Assembly (NCBI GenBank): GCA_045125535.1
Contig: JBGVNK010000031.1
Location: 22,137-86,136 of the forward strand
Direction of reading: 5' to 3'
Length of the DNA stretch: 64,000 nucleotides
Source: Candidatus Cryptobacteroides sp.
GTDB taxonomy: Bacteria > Bacteroidota > Bacteroidia > Bacteroidales > UBA932
Made by a program: the position numbers and the translations under genes. The notes beneath the pieces were generated by a model. That model ran no database searches and was not told the origin of the DNA. It saw only the letters and a list, made by a program, of their open reading frames with translations. This document shows, in pieces, positions 17,934 to 27,780 of this stretch. The first letter of the stretch is position 1; each line of letters opens with the position of its first letter.

Positions 17934-18431
17934 ATGGAACAGTCCCGCCCACCTATATATTTATACACCGACGGCGCATCCAGCGGCAACCCTGGCCCTG
18001 GAGGCTATGGCGTTGTGCTCAAATGTGCGGGAATCTCCAAGGAAATGTCCGAAGGCTTCAGCCTCACGACCAACAACAGGATGGAACTCCTTGCCGTGAT
18101 CAAAGGCCTCGAAGCCATAAAGTGGGCGAACGCCGAAGTCCATGTCTACAGCGACTCCTCCTACGTAGTGAATGCCATCAACAAAGGCTGGCTGGAGAAC
18201 TGGAAGAGAAAAGGTTTTGCCAAAGTGAAGAACCCTGACCTGTGGATGCGATTTGCGCCGCTTCTGCAGAAGCACAGGGTGGCCTTTCACTGGATAAAAG
18301 GTCATGCCGGCCATCCGGAAAATGAACGTTGCGATGCCCTCGCGGTAGCAGCAGGTGCCGGGGCCGTGGCAGCAGGCCGCCAGCTCCCGCCCGATCCCGG
18401 CTACACCCCTGACGACGGTTCACTGCTATAG
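17934..18431 (+). CDS. rnhA: ribonuclease HI
   Basis: YTDGASSGNPGPGG, TTNNRMEL, SDSSYV, KNPDLW, WIKGHAGHPENERCD. Confidence 0.96.
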   Translation: MEQSRPPIYLYTDGASSGNPGPGGYGVVLKCAGISKEMSEGFSLTTNNRMELLAVIKGLEAIKWANAEVHVYSDSSYVVNAINKGWLENWKRKGFAKVKNPDLWMRFAPLLQKHRVAFHWIKGHAGHPENERCDALAVAAGAGAVAAGRQLPPDPGYTPDDGSLL

Positions 18432-18452
18432 CAAGCAGAACGATTATCTGAG

Positions 18453-18648
18453 CTGAGCTCCAAAAATCCTAACATTTTTGGAGCTCAGAAGAGAAAAAAC
18501 GGCAAAAAAGGCACTTTTGCACGAAATTTCAAAGTTGACCTCCAAAAAATAGCCGATTTTTTGAGCTCAGCGGCGAACAAATCAAAAACTGCCACGAACA
18601 AATCAAAAACTGCCACGAACGAATCAAAAACTGCCACGAACAAATCAA
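18453..18648. repeat. inverted repeat followed by 21-bp tandem repeat (about 3.5 copies)
   Basis: CTGAGCTCCAAAAAT...ATTTTTGGAGCTCAG (18453-18488); CGAACAAATCAAAAACTGCCA x3.5 (18574-18648). Confidence 0.85.
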
Positions 18649-18668
18649 TAACCATCAAACGAAGCAAA

Positions 18669-19223
18669 ATGAAAGTAATCCAGACCGAAATCCCCGGCGT
18701 AGTGATCATCGAACCTAAGATTTTCGGTGACAGCCGCGGCTACTTCTTTGAATCCTTCTCAGAAAGAGAATTCGTAGAGAATGTCTGCGACACCCGCTTC
18801 GTACAGGACAACGAAAGCAAATCCTGCTACGGCGTTGTCCGAGGTCTGCATTTTCAGAAGCCTCCTCACACTCAGGCTAAACTTGTCCGTGTGATCAAAG
18901 GTCGCGTTCTCGATGTTGCAGTTGACATCCGCAAAGGCTCACCGACCTACGGAAAGCATGTCGCGGTTGAACTCACTGAAGACAACCACCGCCAGTTCTT
19001 CGTGCCGAAGGGATTCGCGCATGGATTTGCAGTGCTGTCGGAAGAAGCTGTATTCCAATACAAATGCGATGATTATTACGCACCTCAGAGCGAAGGGGCC
19101 ATCGCATGGAATGACCCAGACCTCGGCATCGACTGGGGTATCCCTGAAGCAAAAGTCCTTCTTTCGGAAAAGGACGCAAAGAACCCTTGCCTGAAGGATG
19201 CCGATATTCCGTTTGAATACTAA
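18669..19223 (+). CDS. rfbC: dTDP-4-dehydrorhamnose 3,5-epimerase
   Basis: FGDSRGYFFES, FVQDNES, VRGLHFQ, QAKLVRV, PKGFAHGF, YKCDDYY. Start at ATG 18669. Confidence 0.96.
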   Translation: MKVIQTEIPGVVIIEPKIFGDSRGYFFESFSEREFVENVCDTRFVQDNESKSCYGVVRGLHFQKPPHTQAKLVRVIKGRVLDVAVDIRKGSPTYGKHVAVELTEDNHRQFFVPKGFAHGFAVLSEEAVFQYKCDDYYAPQSEGAIAWNDPDLGIDWGIPEAKVLLSEKDAKNPCLKDADIPFEY

Positions 19224-19296
19224 TGCCAGATGGAAATCGAACATAAAAAGTAAAAGCGGAGTTCCAAAAGGAACAAAACATCGAATCCCGGAGCAG

Positions 19297-20253
19297 ATGA
19301 AGATACTGATAACAGGCGCCCACGGTCAGCTGGCCCAGACCATTATGAATTCAATTCATGCACAAGAGCATGAGTTGATCTTCACTGCGCGCACTGTCGG
19401 ACCGACTGCCGGCTCGGACGCCCTTTTTCCAATCGGAGAACTGGATATAACCGATACGGAAGCAGTTCATAAAACAGTGTCGGACAACAAGATAGAAGCA
19501 ATCATCAACTGCGCCGGCTACACCAACGTTCCGCAAGCCGAAATCGAAAAAGAAGCCGCCCACAAAGCCAACGTAGAAGCCGTCGTCAACCTCGCACGAG
19601 CAGCCAAAGCCAACGACGCCCTCCTGGTCCACATCTCCACCGACTACGTCTACGACGGAAATACCGACACCCCCTACACGGAAGCCGCCACGCCCAACCC
19701 TCTCAACGAGTACGGCCGCACCAAGCTCGCAGGCGATGAAGCTCTAAAGGAAATAGGATGTAAATGTTTGATATTCAGGATTTCATGGCTATATAGTCCA
19801 TATGGAAAAAACTTTCTCAAGACCATCCTCAAGAAGTCCAAGGAAGTGCCTTCCATCAACGTCGTAGATGACCAGACCGGCACCCCGACCTACGCCGGAG
19901 ACCTTGTAGACGCCATCTTCTCAGCCATAGAGGAAACCTCAAAAGTCCCTGCCGCTATCTCTGAAACTGACACAATCCCAGGAGTCAGCCACACAGCCGA
20001 ATTCAATGGAGTCTACAACTACTCCAACGAAGGTCAATGCACTTGGTACGAGTTCGCAAAAGAAATCTGCTGCCAATCTGGCTCCGACTGCACTGTAACC
20101 CCTTGCAAAACAGAAGATTATCCCGCTAACGTCCAGCGCCCCCGCTACTCCGTTCTGGACAAGACGAAATTCAAGGAAACATTCCGTCAGGACATACCTC
20201 ATTGGAAGGAATCACTCGCCAAATGTCTCAAGGAAATTGAAAAATTTGGGTAA
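19297..20253 (+). CDS. rfbD: dTDP-4-dehydrorhamnose reductase
   Basis: MKILITGAHGQL, INCAGYTNV, HISTDYVYDG, PLNEYGRTKLAG, DQTGTPT, RPRYSVL. Start at ATG 19297. Confidence 0.93.
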   Translation: MKILITGAHGQLAQTIMNSIHAQEHELIFTARTVGPTAGSDALFPIGELDITDTEAVHKTVSDNKIEAIINCAGYTNVPQAEIEKEAAHKANVEAVVNLARAAKANDALLVHISTDYVYDGNTDTPYTEAATPNPLNEYGRTKLAGDEALKEIGCKCLIFRISWLYSPYGKNFLKTILKKSKEVPSINVVDDQTGTPTYAGDLVDAIFSAIEETSKVPAAISETDTIPGVSHTAEFNGVYNYSNEGQCTWYEFAKEICCQSGSDCTVTPCKTEDYPANVQRPRYSVLDKTKFKETFRQDIPHWKESLAKCLKEIEKFG

Positions 20254-20354
20254 GTCCTTATTTGTCACTATATTTGTAGGTTGTTTATGCTGCATGGCAT
20301 GAGCAGCCTATTTTTGTAAAAAATAGCTATAACCAGAAATAAAAAAATCACAAT

Positions 20355-23300
20355 ATGTCATTTACAGACGTTTTCAAGAAAATTTTCGGCACAAAAGCCG
20401 ATCGAGACATGAAGGCCATCAGGCCAACCCTCGACAAGGTCCTCGAAGCATATAAATCTATCGACCAGCTCTCAGACGACGAGCTCCGCGATAGATGCCA
20501 GGCCCTCAAAGACAAGATCCAGGCAGCCATCGCAGCCGACGATAAACGAGTAGCAGAGATCAAGGCTGAGCTTGAAAAGGATATTCCTCTCAACCAGAAG
20601 GAAGCCCTTGCGACAGAGTCAGACAAGCTCGTGAAGAAGATCGACGAGACCATCGAGAAGGTTCTCGACGAAATCCTTCCTGAGGCATTCGCCATCATGA
20701 AATCTACAGCGCGCCGTTTCGCACAGAACCCAGTGATCAAGGTGAAGGCTACAGACTTCGACCGCACCCTCAGCACAACCAAAGAGTTCGTGACCATCGA
20801 AGGCGACTACGCCCTCTGGCAGAACCACTGGATCGCAGGCGGAAACGAAGTGACATGGGATATGATCCACTATGACGTACAGCTCATCGGTGGTATCGTC
20901 CTCCACCAGGGAAAGATCGCCGAGATGGCAACCGGAGAAGGTAAGACCCTCGTGGCAACCCTTCCGGTCTTCCTTAACGCATTGGCAGGCAAGGGAGTAC
21001 ACGTAGTAACAGTCAACGACTACCTCTCAAAACGAGACTCTGAGTGGATGGGACCTCTCTACATGTTCCACGGCCTCAGCGTAGACTGTATCGACAAACA
21101 TCAGCCTAACAGCGACGCCCGCAAGAAGGCATACGCTTGCAACATCACCTTCGGTACCAATAACGAATTCGGTTTCGACTACCTTCGCGACAACATGGCC
21201 ACTTCGATGAACGACCTCGTTCAGCGCAAGCACCATTTCGCAATCGTCGATGAGGTTGACTCAGTGCTTATCGACGACGCACGTACCCCTCTCATCATCT
21301 CAGGACCTGTTCCAAAGGGTGAGGACCAGCAGTTCATGGAGTACAAGCCGCTCGTGGAAAGACTCTACAGTTCGCAGAAGACCCTCGTCAACCAGCTCCT
21401 CAATGAGGCCAAGAAGCTCATCGCAGACGGCAACGAAAAGGACGGCGGACTTCTCCTCTTCAGAGCATACAAGGGATATCCTAAATACAAGCCACTCATC
21501 AAGTTCCTCAGCGAGCCGGGCATGAAGCAGCTCCTCCAGAAGGTCGAGAACTTCTACATGCAGGACAATGAGCGCGAGATGCACATCGTGACCGACGAAC
21601 TCTACTTCGTCATCAACGAGAAGCAGCACTCAGTCGATATGACAGACAAGGGCCGCGACCTCATCACAGGCAACCTTTCAGACACCAACTTCTTCGTCCT
21701 TCCTGACGTGGGAGCATCAGTGGCGGAGGTTCAGAAGGACAGCAGCCTTTCAGCAGAAGAGAAGCAGGTGAAGAAAGACGAGATCCTTGCAGACTTCGCC
21801 CTCAAGTCAGAACGCGTACACACTGTAAGCCAGCTCCTCAAGGCATATACAATGTTCGACAAGGAGATCGACTATATCATCCAGGACGGAAAGGTCAAGA
21901 TCGTCGACGAGCAGACAGGACGTATCATGGAAGGCCGCCGTTGGAGCGACGGACTCCATCAGGCGGTCGAGGCAAAGGAAAACGTGAAGGTCGAGGCGGC
22001 GACCCAGACATTCGCGACCATCACACTCCAGAACTACTTCCGTATGTACCACAAGCTTGCCGGTATGACAGGTACAGCGGAGACAGAGGCAGGCGAGTTC
22101 TGGTCTATCTACAAGCTCGACGTGGTGGTGATCCCTACCAACAGACCTATCGCACGTAACGACCAGAATGACCTGATATACAAGACAAAGAAGGCCAAGT
22201 ATGAGGCTGTGATCGCCAAGGTGGTGGAACTCACCAAGGAAGGCCGTCCGGTGCTCGTGGGTACGACAGACGTCGAGACATCCGAGCTCCTCAGCCGTAT
22301 GCTCCGCCTCCGCGGCATCGATCATCAGGTGCTCAACGCGAAGCAGCACGCACGTGAGGCAGAGGTTGTGAAGCACGCCGGTGAAAAGTCTACCGTGACC
22401 ATCGCAACCAACATGGCAGGTCGTGGTACCGACATCAAGCTGCCGGACGAAGTCAAGGCAGCCGGCGGTCTCGCCATCATCGGTACAGAACGCCACGACA
22501 GCCGTCGAGTTGACCGTCAGCTCCGAGGCCGTTCGGGACGTCAGGGAGACCCTGGTTCATCTATCTTCTACGTATCCCTCGAAGACAAGCTTATGCGACT
22601 CTTCGGCGGTGAGAAGATCGCTTCAGTGGTCGATAAGATGGGTATGGAAGAAAACGATGTTCTCGAGGCTCCAATGCTCAACAACGCCGTTGAGCGCGCC
22701 CAGAAGAAGGTCGAGGAAAACAACTTCGGTATCCGTAAGAGACTCCTCGAATATGACGACGTGATGAACTCCCAGCGTGAGGTGATCTACACAAAGAGAC
22801 GCAACGCCCTCTCAGGCGAAAGAGTCGAGATCGACGTCATGAACATGATGCAGGATATGGCTCAGATTCTCGCCGAGAAGGCCGAGCAGATGGACTACGA
22901 ATCATTCTCTGAAATGGTGATGATGTCCCTCTCGATCGACCTCAATTTCGACGAGGAATACTACAGCAAGGCCAATGAAAAGGCTATCGCTGACAAGCTC
23001 CACGAGAACATGATTGCTACGTACGAGCGTCGTATGGACACCATGGTCCAGAGAGCATATCCTATTATAAAGGAAGTCTATGAGAAGCAGTCTGCAATCT
23101 ATGAAAACATGGCTATTCCGATCTCTGACGGCCGCAAGATGCTCACTCTTTCAATCAATCTCAAGAAGGCTTATGAATCTGAGGGTAAGGAGATTGCAAG
23201 AGTGCTCAGCAAGACCATCACTCTCTGGCAGATCGATGAGAAGTGGAAGGAGCACCTCCGCGATATGGACGACCTCAAGCAGTCTGTACAGAATGCTACA

Positions 23301-23630
23301 TACGAGCAGAAGGACCCTCTCCTCATCTACAAGTTCGAGAGCTTCAACCTCTTCAGTCAGCTCCTCGAGGATCTGAACAAGAACGTGCTTTCGTTCCTCC
23401 TCAGATCGTTCATTCCGCTTCGTGACGCGTCTCAGGCAAAGGCTCCTGCGCAGCCTCCTCGCAAGCAGGATATGAGCCAGCTCCAGACCAGCAGAACCGA
23501 CCTCGTGACCAACGGCGGCGAGGCCAAGAGCAACATGCCGGTGCATGTGGAGAAACAGGTGGGACGTAACGACCCATGTCCTTGCGGCTCAGGCAAGAAG
23601 TACAAGAATTGTCACGGTAAACAAGCATAA
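20355..23630 (+). CDS. secA: preprotein translocase subunit SecA
   Basis: [61 protein letters not shown]-terminal SEC-C motif [19 protein letters not shown]. Confidence 0.98.
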   Translation: MSFTDVFKKIFGTKADRDMKAIRPTLDKVLEAYKSIDQLSDDELRDRCQALKDKIQAAIAADDKRVAEIKAELEKDIPLNQKEALATESDKLVKKIDETIEKVLDEILPEAFAIMKSTARRFAQNPVIKVKATDFDRTLSTTKEFVTIEGDYALWQNHWIAGGNEVTWDMIHYDVQLIGGIVLHQGKIAEMATGEGKTLVATLPVFLNALAGKGVHVVTVNDYLSKRDSEWMGPLYMFHGLSVDCIDKHQPNSDARKKAYACNITFGTNNEFGFDYLRDNMATSMNDLVQRKHHFAIVDEVDSVLIDDARTPLIISGPVPKGEDQQFMEYKPLVERLYSSQKTLVNQLLNEAKKLIADGNEKDGGLLLFRAYKGYPKYKPLIKFLSEPGMKQLLQKVENFYMQDNEREMHIVTDELYFVINEKQHSVDMTDKGRDLITGNLSDTNFFVLPDVGASVAEVQKDSSLSAEEKQVKKDEILADFALKSERVHTVSQLLKAYTMFDKEIDYIIQDGKVKIVDEQTGRIMEGRRWSDGLHQAVEAKENVKVEAATQTFATITLQNYFRMYHKLAGMTGTAETEAGEFWSIYKLDVVVIPTNRPIARNDQNDLIYKTKKAKYEAVIAKVVELTKEGRPVLVGTTDVETSELLSRMLRLRGIDHQVLNAKQHAREAEVVKHAGEKSTVTIATNMAGRGTDIKLPDEVKAAGGLAIIGTERHDSRRVDRQLRGRSGRQGDPGSSIFYVSLEDKLMRLFGGEKIASVVDKMGMEENDVLEAPMLNNAVERAQKKVEENNFGIRKRLLEYDDVMNSQREVIYTKRRNALSGERVEIDVMNMMQDMAQILAEKAEQMDYESFSEMVMMSLSIDLNFDEEYYSKANEKAIADKLHENMIATYERRMDTMVQRAYPIIKEVYEKQSAIYENMAIPISDGRKMLTLSINLKKAYESEGKEIARVLSKTITLWQIDEKWKEHLRDMDDLKQSVQNATYEQKDPLLIYKFESFNLFSQLLEDLNKNVLSFLLRSFIPLRDASQAKAPAQPPRKQDMSQLQTSRTDLVTNGGEAKSNMPVHVEKQVGRNDPCPCGSGKKYKNCHGKQA

Positions 23631-23653
23631 TATAAATTTTAAAATATAGAACT

Positions 23654-24091
23654 ATGGCAAAAATGGAACCTACGGTAAACGTGAATTCTATCAGCAGAAT
23701 TTCAGCGGGCACCGTCATCAAAGGAGAGATCCAGTCTCCTTACGACATCCGTATCGACGGAACATTCGAGGGTAAGGTTCAGACAAAAGGTCGCGTAGTA
23801 GTAGGTGAGAGCGCAAGCGTGAAGGGAGATGTAATCTGCGAAAACATCGACCTTTGGGGAAAGATGGATGGCAACGTGTTCGTAAAGAACACTCTCGCGC
23901 TTAAGGAAGGTTGCGTAGTGGACGGAAACCTCAATGTAAGAAAGCTTTCAGTGGAGCTCGGCTCATCATTCAACGGCACCTGCCGCATGATCACCGAAGC
24001 CGAATTCGACAAGATGGCAGGCGTAGAGCCAAAGGACCAGAAGCCAGCCGCTCAGCAGCAGAAAGCTCAGGCAGCCGCTCCTGCTAACTAA
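23654..24091 (+). CDS. bactofilin (polymer-forming cytoskeletal protein)
   Basis: ISAGTVIKGEI..IRIDGTFEGKV..VVVGESASVKGDV..VDGNL..LSVELGSSFNG beta-helix pattern. Confidence 0.9.
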   Translation: MAKMEPTVNVNSISRISAGTVIKGEIQSPYDIRIDGTFEGKVQTKGRVVVGESASVKGDVICENIDLWGKMDGNVFVKNTLALKEGCVVDGNLNVRKLSVELGSSFNGTCRMITEAEFDKMAGVEPKDQKPAAQQQKAQAAAPAN

Positions 24092-24105
24092 GAGCAGAAA
24101 TACTT

Positions 24106-24150
24106 AAAAATACCGGGTAAGATCTTTTCAGGATCCTACCCGGTATTTTT
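24106..24150 (+). terminator. intrinsic terminator after secA-bactofilin
   Basis: AAAAATACCGGGTA...TACCCGGTATTTTT. Confidence 0.8.
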
Positions 24151-24221
24151 ATACCTCACTGCCGATTTCTCACTCCCGTTGGACCAGTATACACCATGTA
24201 TACATCAGAGGTCCTACAAAG

Positions 24222-24251
24222 AAAAAAGCCTTAGACGAATCTAAGGCTTTT
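24222..24251 (-). terminator. terminator downstream of tRNA-Val
   Basis: AAAAAAGCCTTAGA-CGAA-TCTAAGGCTTTT. Confidence 0.75.
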
Positions 24252-24328
24252 GGTGGGAGCAGAGGGAGTCGAACCCCCGACCCTCTGCTTGTAAGGCAGA
24301 TGCTCTAAACCAACTGAGCTATGCTCCC
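24251..24328 (-). tRNA. tRNA-Val(TAC)
   Basis: Reverse complement GGGAGCATAGCTCAGTTGGTTTAGAGCATCTGCCTTACAAGCAGAGGGTCGGGGGTTCGACTCCCTCTGCTCCCACCA; anticodon TAC; CCA encoded; TACCTTTG box upstream. Confidence 0.97.
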
Positions 24329-24450
24329 GAAACAGGATTGCAAAGGTACGAATGTTTTTCAAATTTGCAAATTTTATCCCGAAAAATTTTCAAAAATTCC
24401 ACATTTGCAAATGGAATGACACAAAAATTGCTATCTTTGCAACCGCAACT

Positions 24451-24848
24451 GGGGATGTTTTGGTTTTGACAGCATCAGACATTGGACAGTAAGCACGCCG
24501 GGCTCTGTAGGCCAGCCCGTAAATCTCGACCTTCGAACTTTTAGTTGGCAACAACTCTTATGCACTCGCTGCGTAGTCTGCAAAGCACACTACCTTAATC
24601 CGCGACGCCAAGGCTGCGTCGCCGACGAGTATCCCTCCAGTCTTTAAGCCGGTTATGACTGGAATCCGGGGTATCATCCAAACCGGATGCACGGAGCGAC
24701 TCCTTTAACCTCCGCCAAGACTTAAAGGATAAGCGCAAGATGGCCTGTCTTCCGGCAGCCTTGCGTCGAAAACCAAAGGCAGACTAAGCGTGTAGAAAGC
24801 TCTCTGGTGCGGTGTTTGGACGGCGGTTCGAGTCCGCCCATCTCCACA
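24451..24848 (+). ncRNA. ssrA: tmRNA (transfer-messenger RNA)
   Basis: 5' GGGGATGTTTTGGTTTTGACAGC; tag frame GGC AAC AAC TCT TAT GCA CTC GCT GCG TAG (GNNSYALAA*) at 24547; 3' T-arm GACGGCGGTTCGAGTCCGCCCATCTCCAC; TATCTTTG box at 24432. Confidence 0.96.
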
Positions 24849-24851
24849 AAC

Positions 24852-24881
24852 AAGGTTCACAGTTTGCTGTGAACCTTTTTT
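24852..24881 (+). terminator. tmRNA terminator
   Basis: AAGGTTCACAG-TTTG-CTGTGAACCTT-TTTT. Confidence 0.8.
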
Positions 24882-24899
24882 CGTGGAGATAACTTCCTA

Positions 24900-25032
24900 A
24901 CCCCAGTCAGCTTCGCTGGCAGCCCCTATTAGGGGCATGCCGCCTTCCGCTACGCTACAGTCGGGCGTCCCCGCTGCTTCAACTTTCTTACGAAAGTCTC
25001 GCTGACGCGGATGACGCGGCGCTTAAGCGCCT
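24900..25032. repeat. cluster of short GC-rich palindromes (REP/BIME-like)
   Basis: GTCAGC-TTC-GCTGGC, GCCCCT-ATT-AGGGGC, ACTTTC-TTAC-GAAAGT, GGCGCT-TA-AGCGCC. Confidence 0.6.
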
Positions 25033-25068
25033 TGTTAATTCAGAAGAAATTCCTACCTTTGTACTGAT

Positions 25069-25599
25069 ATGGCCGAAGCAAAAAACAAATGGTACGCGAT
25101 CCGCGTAACGTATTCAAGGGAATTGAAGTTCCAGACCCAGCTCAGAGAAGCTGGGTTTGAAACATTTGTACCAATGTGTCGCAAGAAAGTCGAAAGAAAC
25201 GGCAAGACACAAGTGGTCATTGTTCCTGCAGTCTCCAACCTATGCTTCGTAAAGACCACCCGCGAACAACTTCGCGACTACATGTACTCCCTAGGAGAAG
25301 CATGCCCGGCTCATTTCATCTGGAATAAAGCCACCCGCAACCCCATCGTTGTTCCCGACAAGGCAATGGAAGACTTCATGACCATCAGCCTCCTCATGTC
25401 CGACGAAACCCTCTATCTCAATGAAATCTCATCCAAGCTTCGCGCAGGCCAGAAAGTCCGCGTGAAAGAAGGTCCGTTCCAAGGAGTCGAAGGCATTGTA
25501 GTCCGCATCAAGAACTCCCGACGCGTCATGGTCGAACTCCCTGGACTATTCGCTGTCGCAACGAACTACATTCCTGTTGACAATCTTGAACTAATTTGA
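25069..25599 (+). CDS. upxY: UpxY-family (NusG-like) transcription antiterminator
   Basis: WYAIRVTYSRE, FETFVPM, PAVSNLCFV NGN domain; KOW motif GQKVRVKEGPFQGVEG; heads a polysaccharide locus. Confidence 0.92.
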   Translation: MAEAKNKWYAIRVTYSRELKFQTQLREAGFETFVPMCRKKVERNGKTQVVIVPAVSNLCFVKTTREQLRDYMYSLGEACPAHFIWNKATRNPIVVPDKAMEDFMTISLLMSDETLYLNEISSKLRAGQKVRVKEGPFQGVEGIVVRIKNSRRVMVELPGLFAVATNYIPVDNLELI

Positions 25600-25677
25600 A
25601 CCTGAGCACTTTAGGCTATCTCGGTGGGGGGGGGGTAAATAATCCCTGTTTTCCTTTTATTTCCGGCATTATTTGCT

Positions 25678-25685
25678 TATATTTG
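25678..25685 (+). promoter_or_regulatory. -7 promoter box for the polysaccharide operon, followed by a ~150-nt leader
   Basis: TATATTTG; a run of about 10 G lies ~45 bp upstream (25626-25635). Confidence 0.55.
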
Positions 25686-25840
25686 CATGGTTTTATGTAC
25701 ATATGATGCAGAATTGTCAAATGCTGCCGGATGGCGCATGCCGATTTTGCCTGAGAAAAGGCTTATATTTTCTTGAAAGTCACGCGGATAGCACTTATTC
25801 GGGTGACCCTTGCTGCGTCATGATCTAAAGAATTTGCGGA

Positions 25841-27775
25841 ATGGGAAAAATTCAGAACTTCGTTGAAAAATTACATCTCGACAGATATTTCAGCTCAAAG
25901 CTGATTCTAGCCATCGACCTTTTTGTGTCTCTTTCAGCCTCGATTTGTTCACTGATGTTCATCAAGATGTTGCTTTTCAAGTCACTTGTCACAATTGACT
26001 TCATATTTGTGTGGCTTGCAGCATCATTGGTGATGTCGTTCGTAATGTTCTTCTGGCTGAAGACATATCGTTCGATTATTCGTCACTCCACCCTCAGGGA
26101 GTTTGCAAAACTCTGTCTTGCATCCCTCGGAAAGGTTGTGCTCATGGGAGTACTCGTAGTGCTCCTTCCATACGGCATCAAGGCATATGTCTTCTTCCTC
26201 ATGGTCCTCGACCTTATTCTCACAATCGTCTTCTTGCTTCTCGTAAGAGTGGTGATGATCGTGATGTATGATATTCTCAGAAGCAAGGTGAAAGAAACAC
26301 GCAAGAGACTTAATGTCATGATCTACGGCTGTGGTGAGAAAGCAGTAGCAGTTGCGAAGAGACTTCAGAACTCGCCTCACTACAACATCATAGGTTATCT
26401 CAAGCATGGACAGAGACTCAGAGGCCAGAAGATTGATGGCATCAAGATCTTCTACTACGAGGGTAAAGAAGACATCACTCTTTTCCGTGACAAATTCTTT
26501 CTCGATGCGATGCTCTTCCCAAGGGAATCAGATCTCAAGAAAGAAGAGAGTGCCCTTGTAGAAATCTGCCAGGAAAACGAAGTCAAGATATTCCTCGCTC
26601 CTTCAATCGAAGAAGTGATCGACGGCAAGGTGATGAACAGCCCGATCCGTGAAGTCAAGATCGAAGACCTCCTCGGAAGAGATGAGATCGAGATATCGAT
26701 GGATGTCATCAAGTCTAACTTCAAGGGTAAGGTCGTTATGGTGACAGGTGCAGCAGGATCTATCGGATCTGAGCTCTGCCGTCAGCTCGCTACATTCGAG
26801 CCGGAGAAGCTCGTCCTCTTCGACAACGGAGAGACACCGATGCACAACCTCCGCCTCGAACTTGAAGAAAGATTCAAGAACCTCAATTTCGTACCGGTTA
26901 TCGGCGACGTCCGCGAAAAAGACAGACTTGACTATGTGTTCCGCAAGCACCACCCGCAGGTGGTCTTCCACGCAGCGGCCTACAAACACGTTCCGCTTAT
27001 GGAAGAGAATCCTTGCGAAGCAGTACACGTAAACGTTGCAGGTTCAAGAAACGTAGCCGACAAGTGTGTGGAATACGGAGTTGAGAAGATGGTGATGGTG
27101 TCGACAGACAAAGCTGTCAACCCGACAAACATCATGGGCTGCACAAAACGTCTCGCAGAGATTTATGTCCAGTCCCTCGGACTTGCAATCGAAAAGGGTG
27201 AAGTAAAGGGCAACACAAGATTCGTTACCACACGCTTCGGAAATGTCCTCGGCAGCAACGGTTCAGTGATTCCACGCTTCCGTGAGCAGATTGCAAAGGG
27301 AGGACCGATAACAGTGACACATCCTGAGATCACCCGCTTCTTCATGACAATTCCAGAGGCATGCCGCCTCGTGATGGAAGCAGCTACTATGTCGACAGGA
27401 AACCAGATCTTCGTCTTCGATATGGGTGAGTCAGTTAAGATCGACACCCTCGCAAGAAGAATGATCACCCTTGCAGGACTTAGACCTGACAAAGACATCA
27501 AGATCGAATACAGCGGACTCAGACCAGGCGAGAAACTCTACGAAGAAGTTCTTTCAAACAAGGAAAATACCGATCCGACATCGCACGACCGAATCCGCGT
27601 GGCAAAGGTTCGAGAATACGAACACGCCAAGGCCAAAGAAGTGATGACTCAGCTTGAGGAAATGTCAATAGCTGTAGAAATCCCGGAGATGGTCAAGCTG
27701 ATGAAGCGTACTGTTCCTGAATTCATCTCCAAGAATTCGGAATACGAAAAATACGATAATGAAATAAAACAATAA
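25841..27775 (+). CDS. membrane-bound NDP-sugar 4,6-dehydratase (CapD/PglF/WbpM-like)
   Basis: Four N-terminal TM segments, IEDLLGR, VTGAAGSIGSELCRQ, HAAAYKHVP, STDKAVNPTNIMG, RFGNVLGS, GLRPGEKLYEE. Confidence 0.93.
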   Translation: MGKIQNFVEKLHLDRYFSSKLILAIDLFVSLSASICSLMFIKMLLFKSLVTIDFIFVWLAASLVMSFVMFFWLKTYRSIIRHSTLREFAKLCLASLGKVVLMGVLVVLLPYGIKAYVFFLMVLDLILTIVFLLLVRVVMIVMYDILRSKVKETRKRLNVMIYGCGEKAVAVAKRLQNSPHYNIIGYLKHGQRLRGQKIDGIKIFYYEGKEDITLFRDKFFLDAMLFPRESDLKKEESALVEICQENEVKIFLAPSIEEVIDGKVMNSPIREVKIEDLLGRDEIEISMDVIKSNFKGKVVMVTGAAGSIGSELCRQLATFEPEKLVLFDNGETPMHNLRLELEERFKNLNFVPVIGDVREKDRLDYVFRKHHPQVVFHAAAYKHVPLMEENPCEAVHVNVAGSRNVADKCVEYGVEKMVMVSTDKAVNPTNIMGCTKRLAEIYVQSLGLAIEKGEVKGNTRFVTTRFGNVLGSNGSVIPRFREQIAKGGPITVTHPEITRFFMTIPEACRLVMEAATMSTGNQIFVFDMGESVKIDTLARRMITLAGLRPDKDIKIEYSGLRPGEKLYEEVLSNKENTDPTSHDRIRVAKVREYEHAKAKEVMTQLEEMSIAVEIPEMVKLMKRTVPEFISKNSEYEKYDNEIKQ

Positions 27776-27780
27776 TATCG

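Noticed and set aside
18574-18648. Possible CRISPR array
   Set aside because: Repeats are head to tail without spacers, and there are no cas genes.
24251-25069. Integrative element at ssrA or tRNA-Val
   Set aside because: No integrase nearby and no direct repeat of either 3' end seen in the window.
25600-25840. Invertible promoter for the polysaccharide locus
   Set aside because: No convincing flanking inverted repeats found by eye and no recombinase gene nearby.
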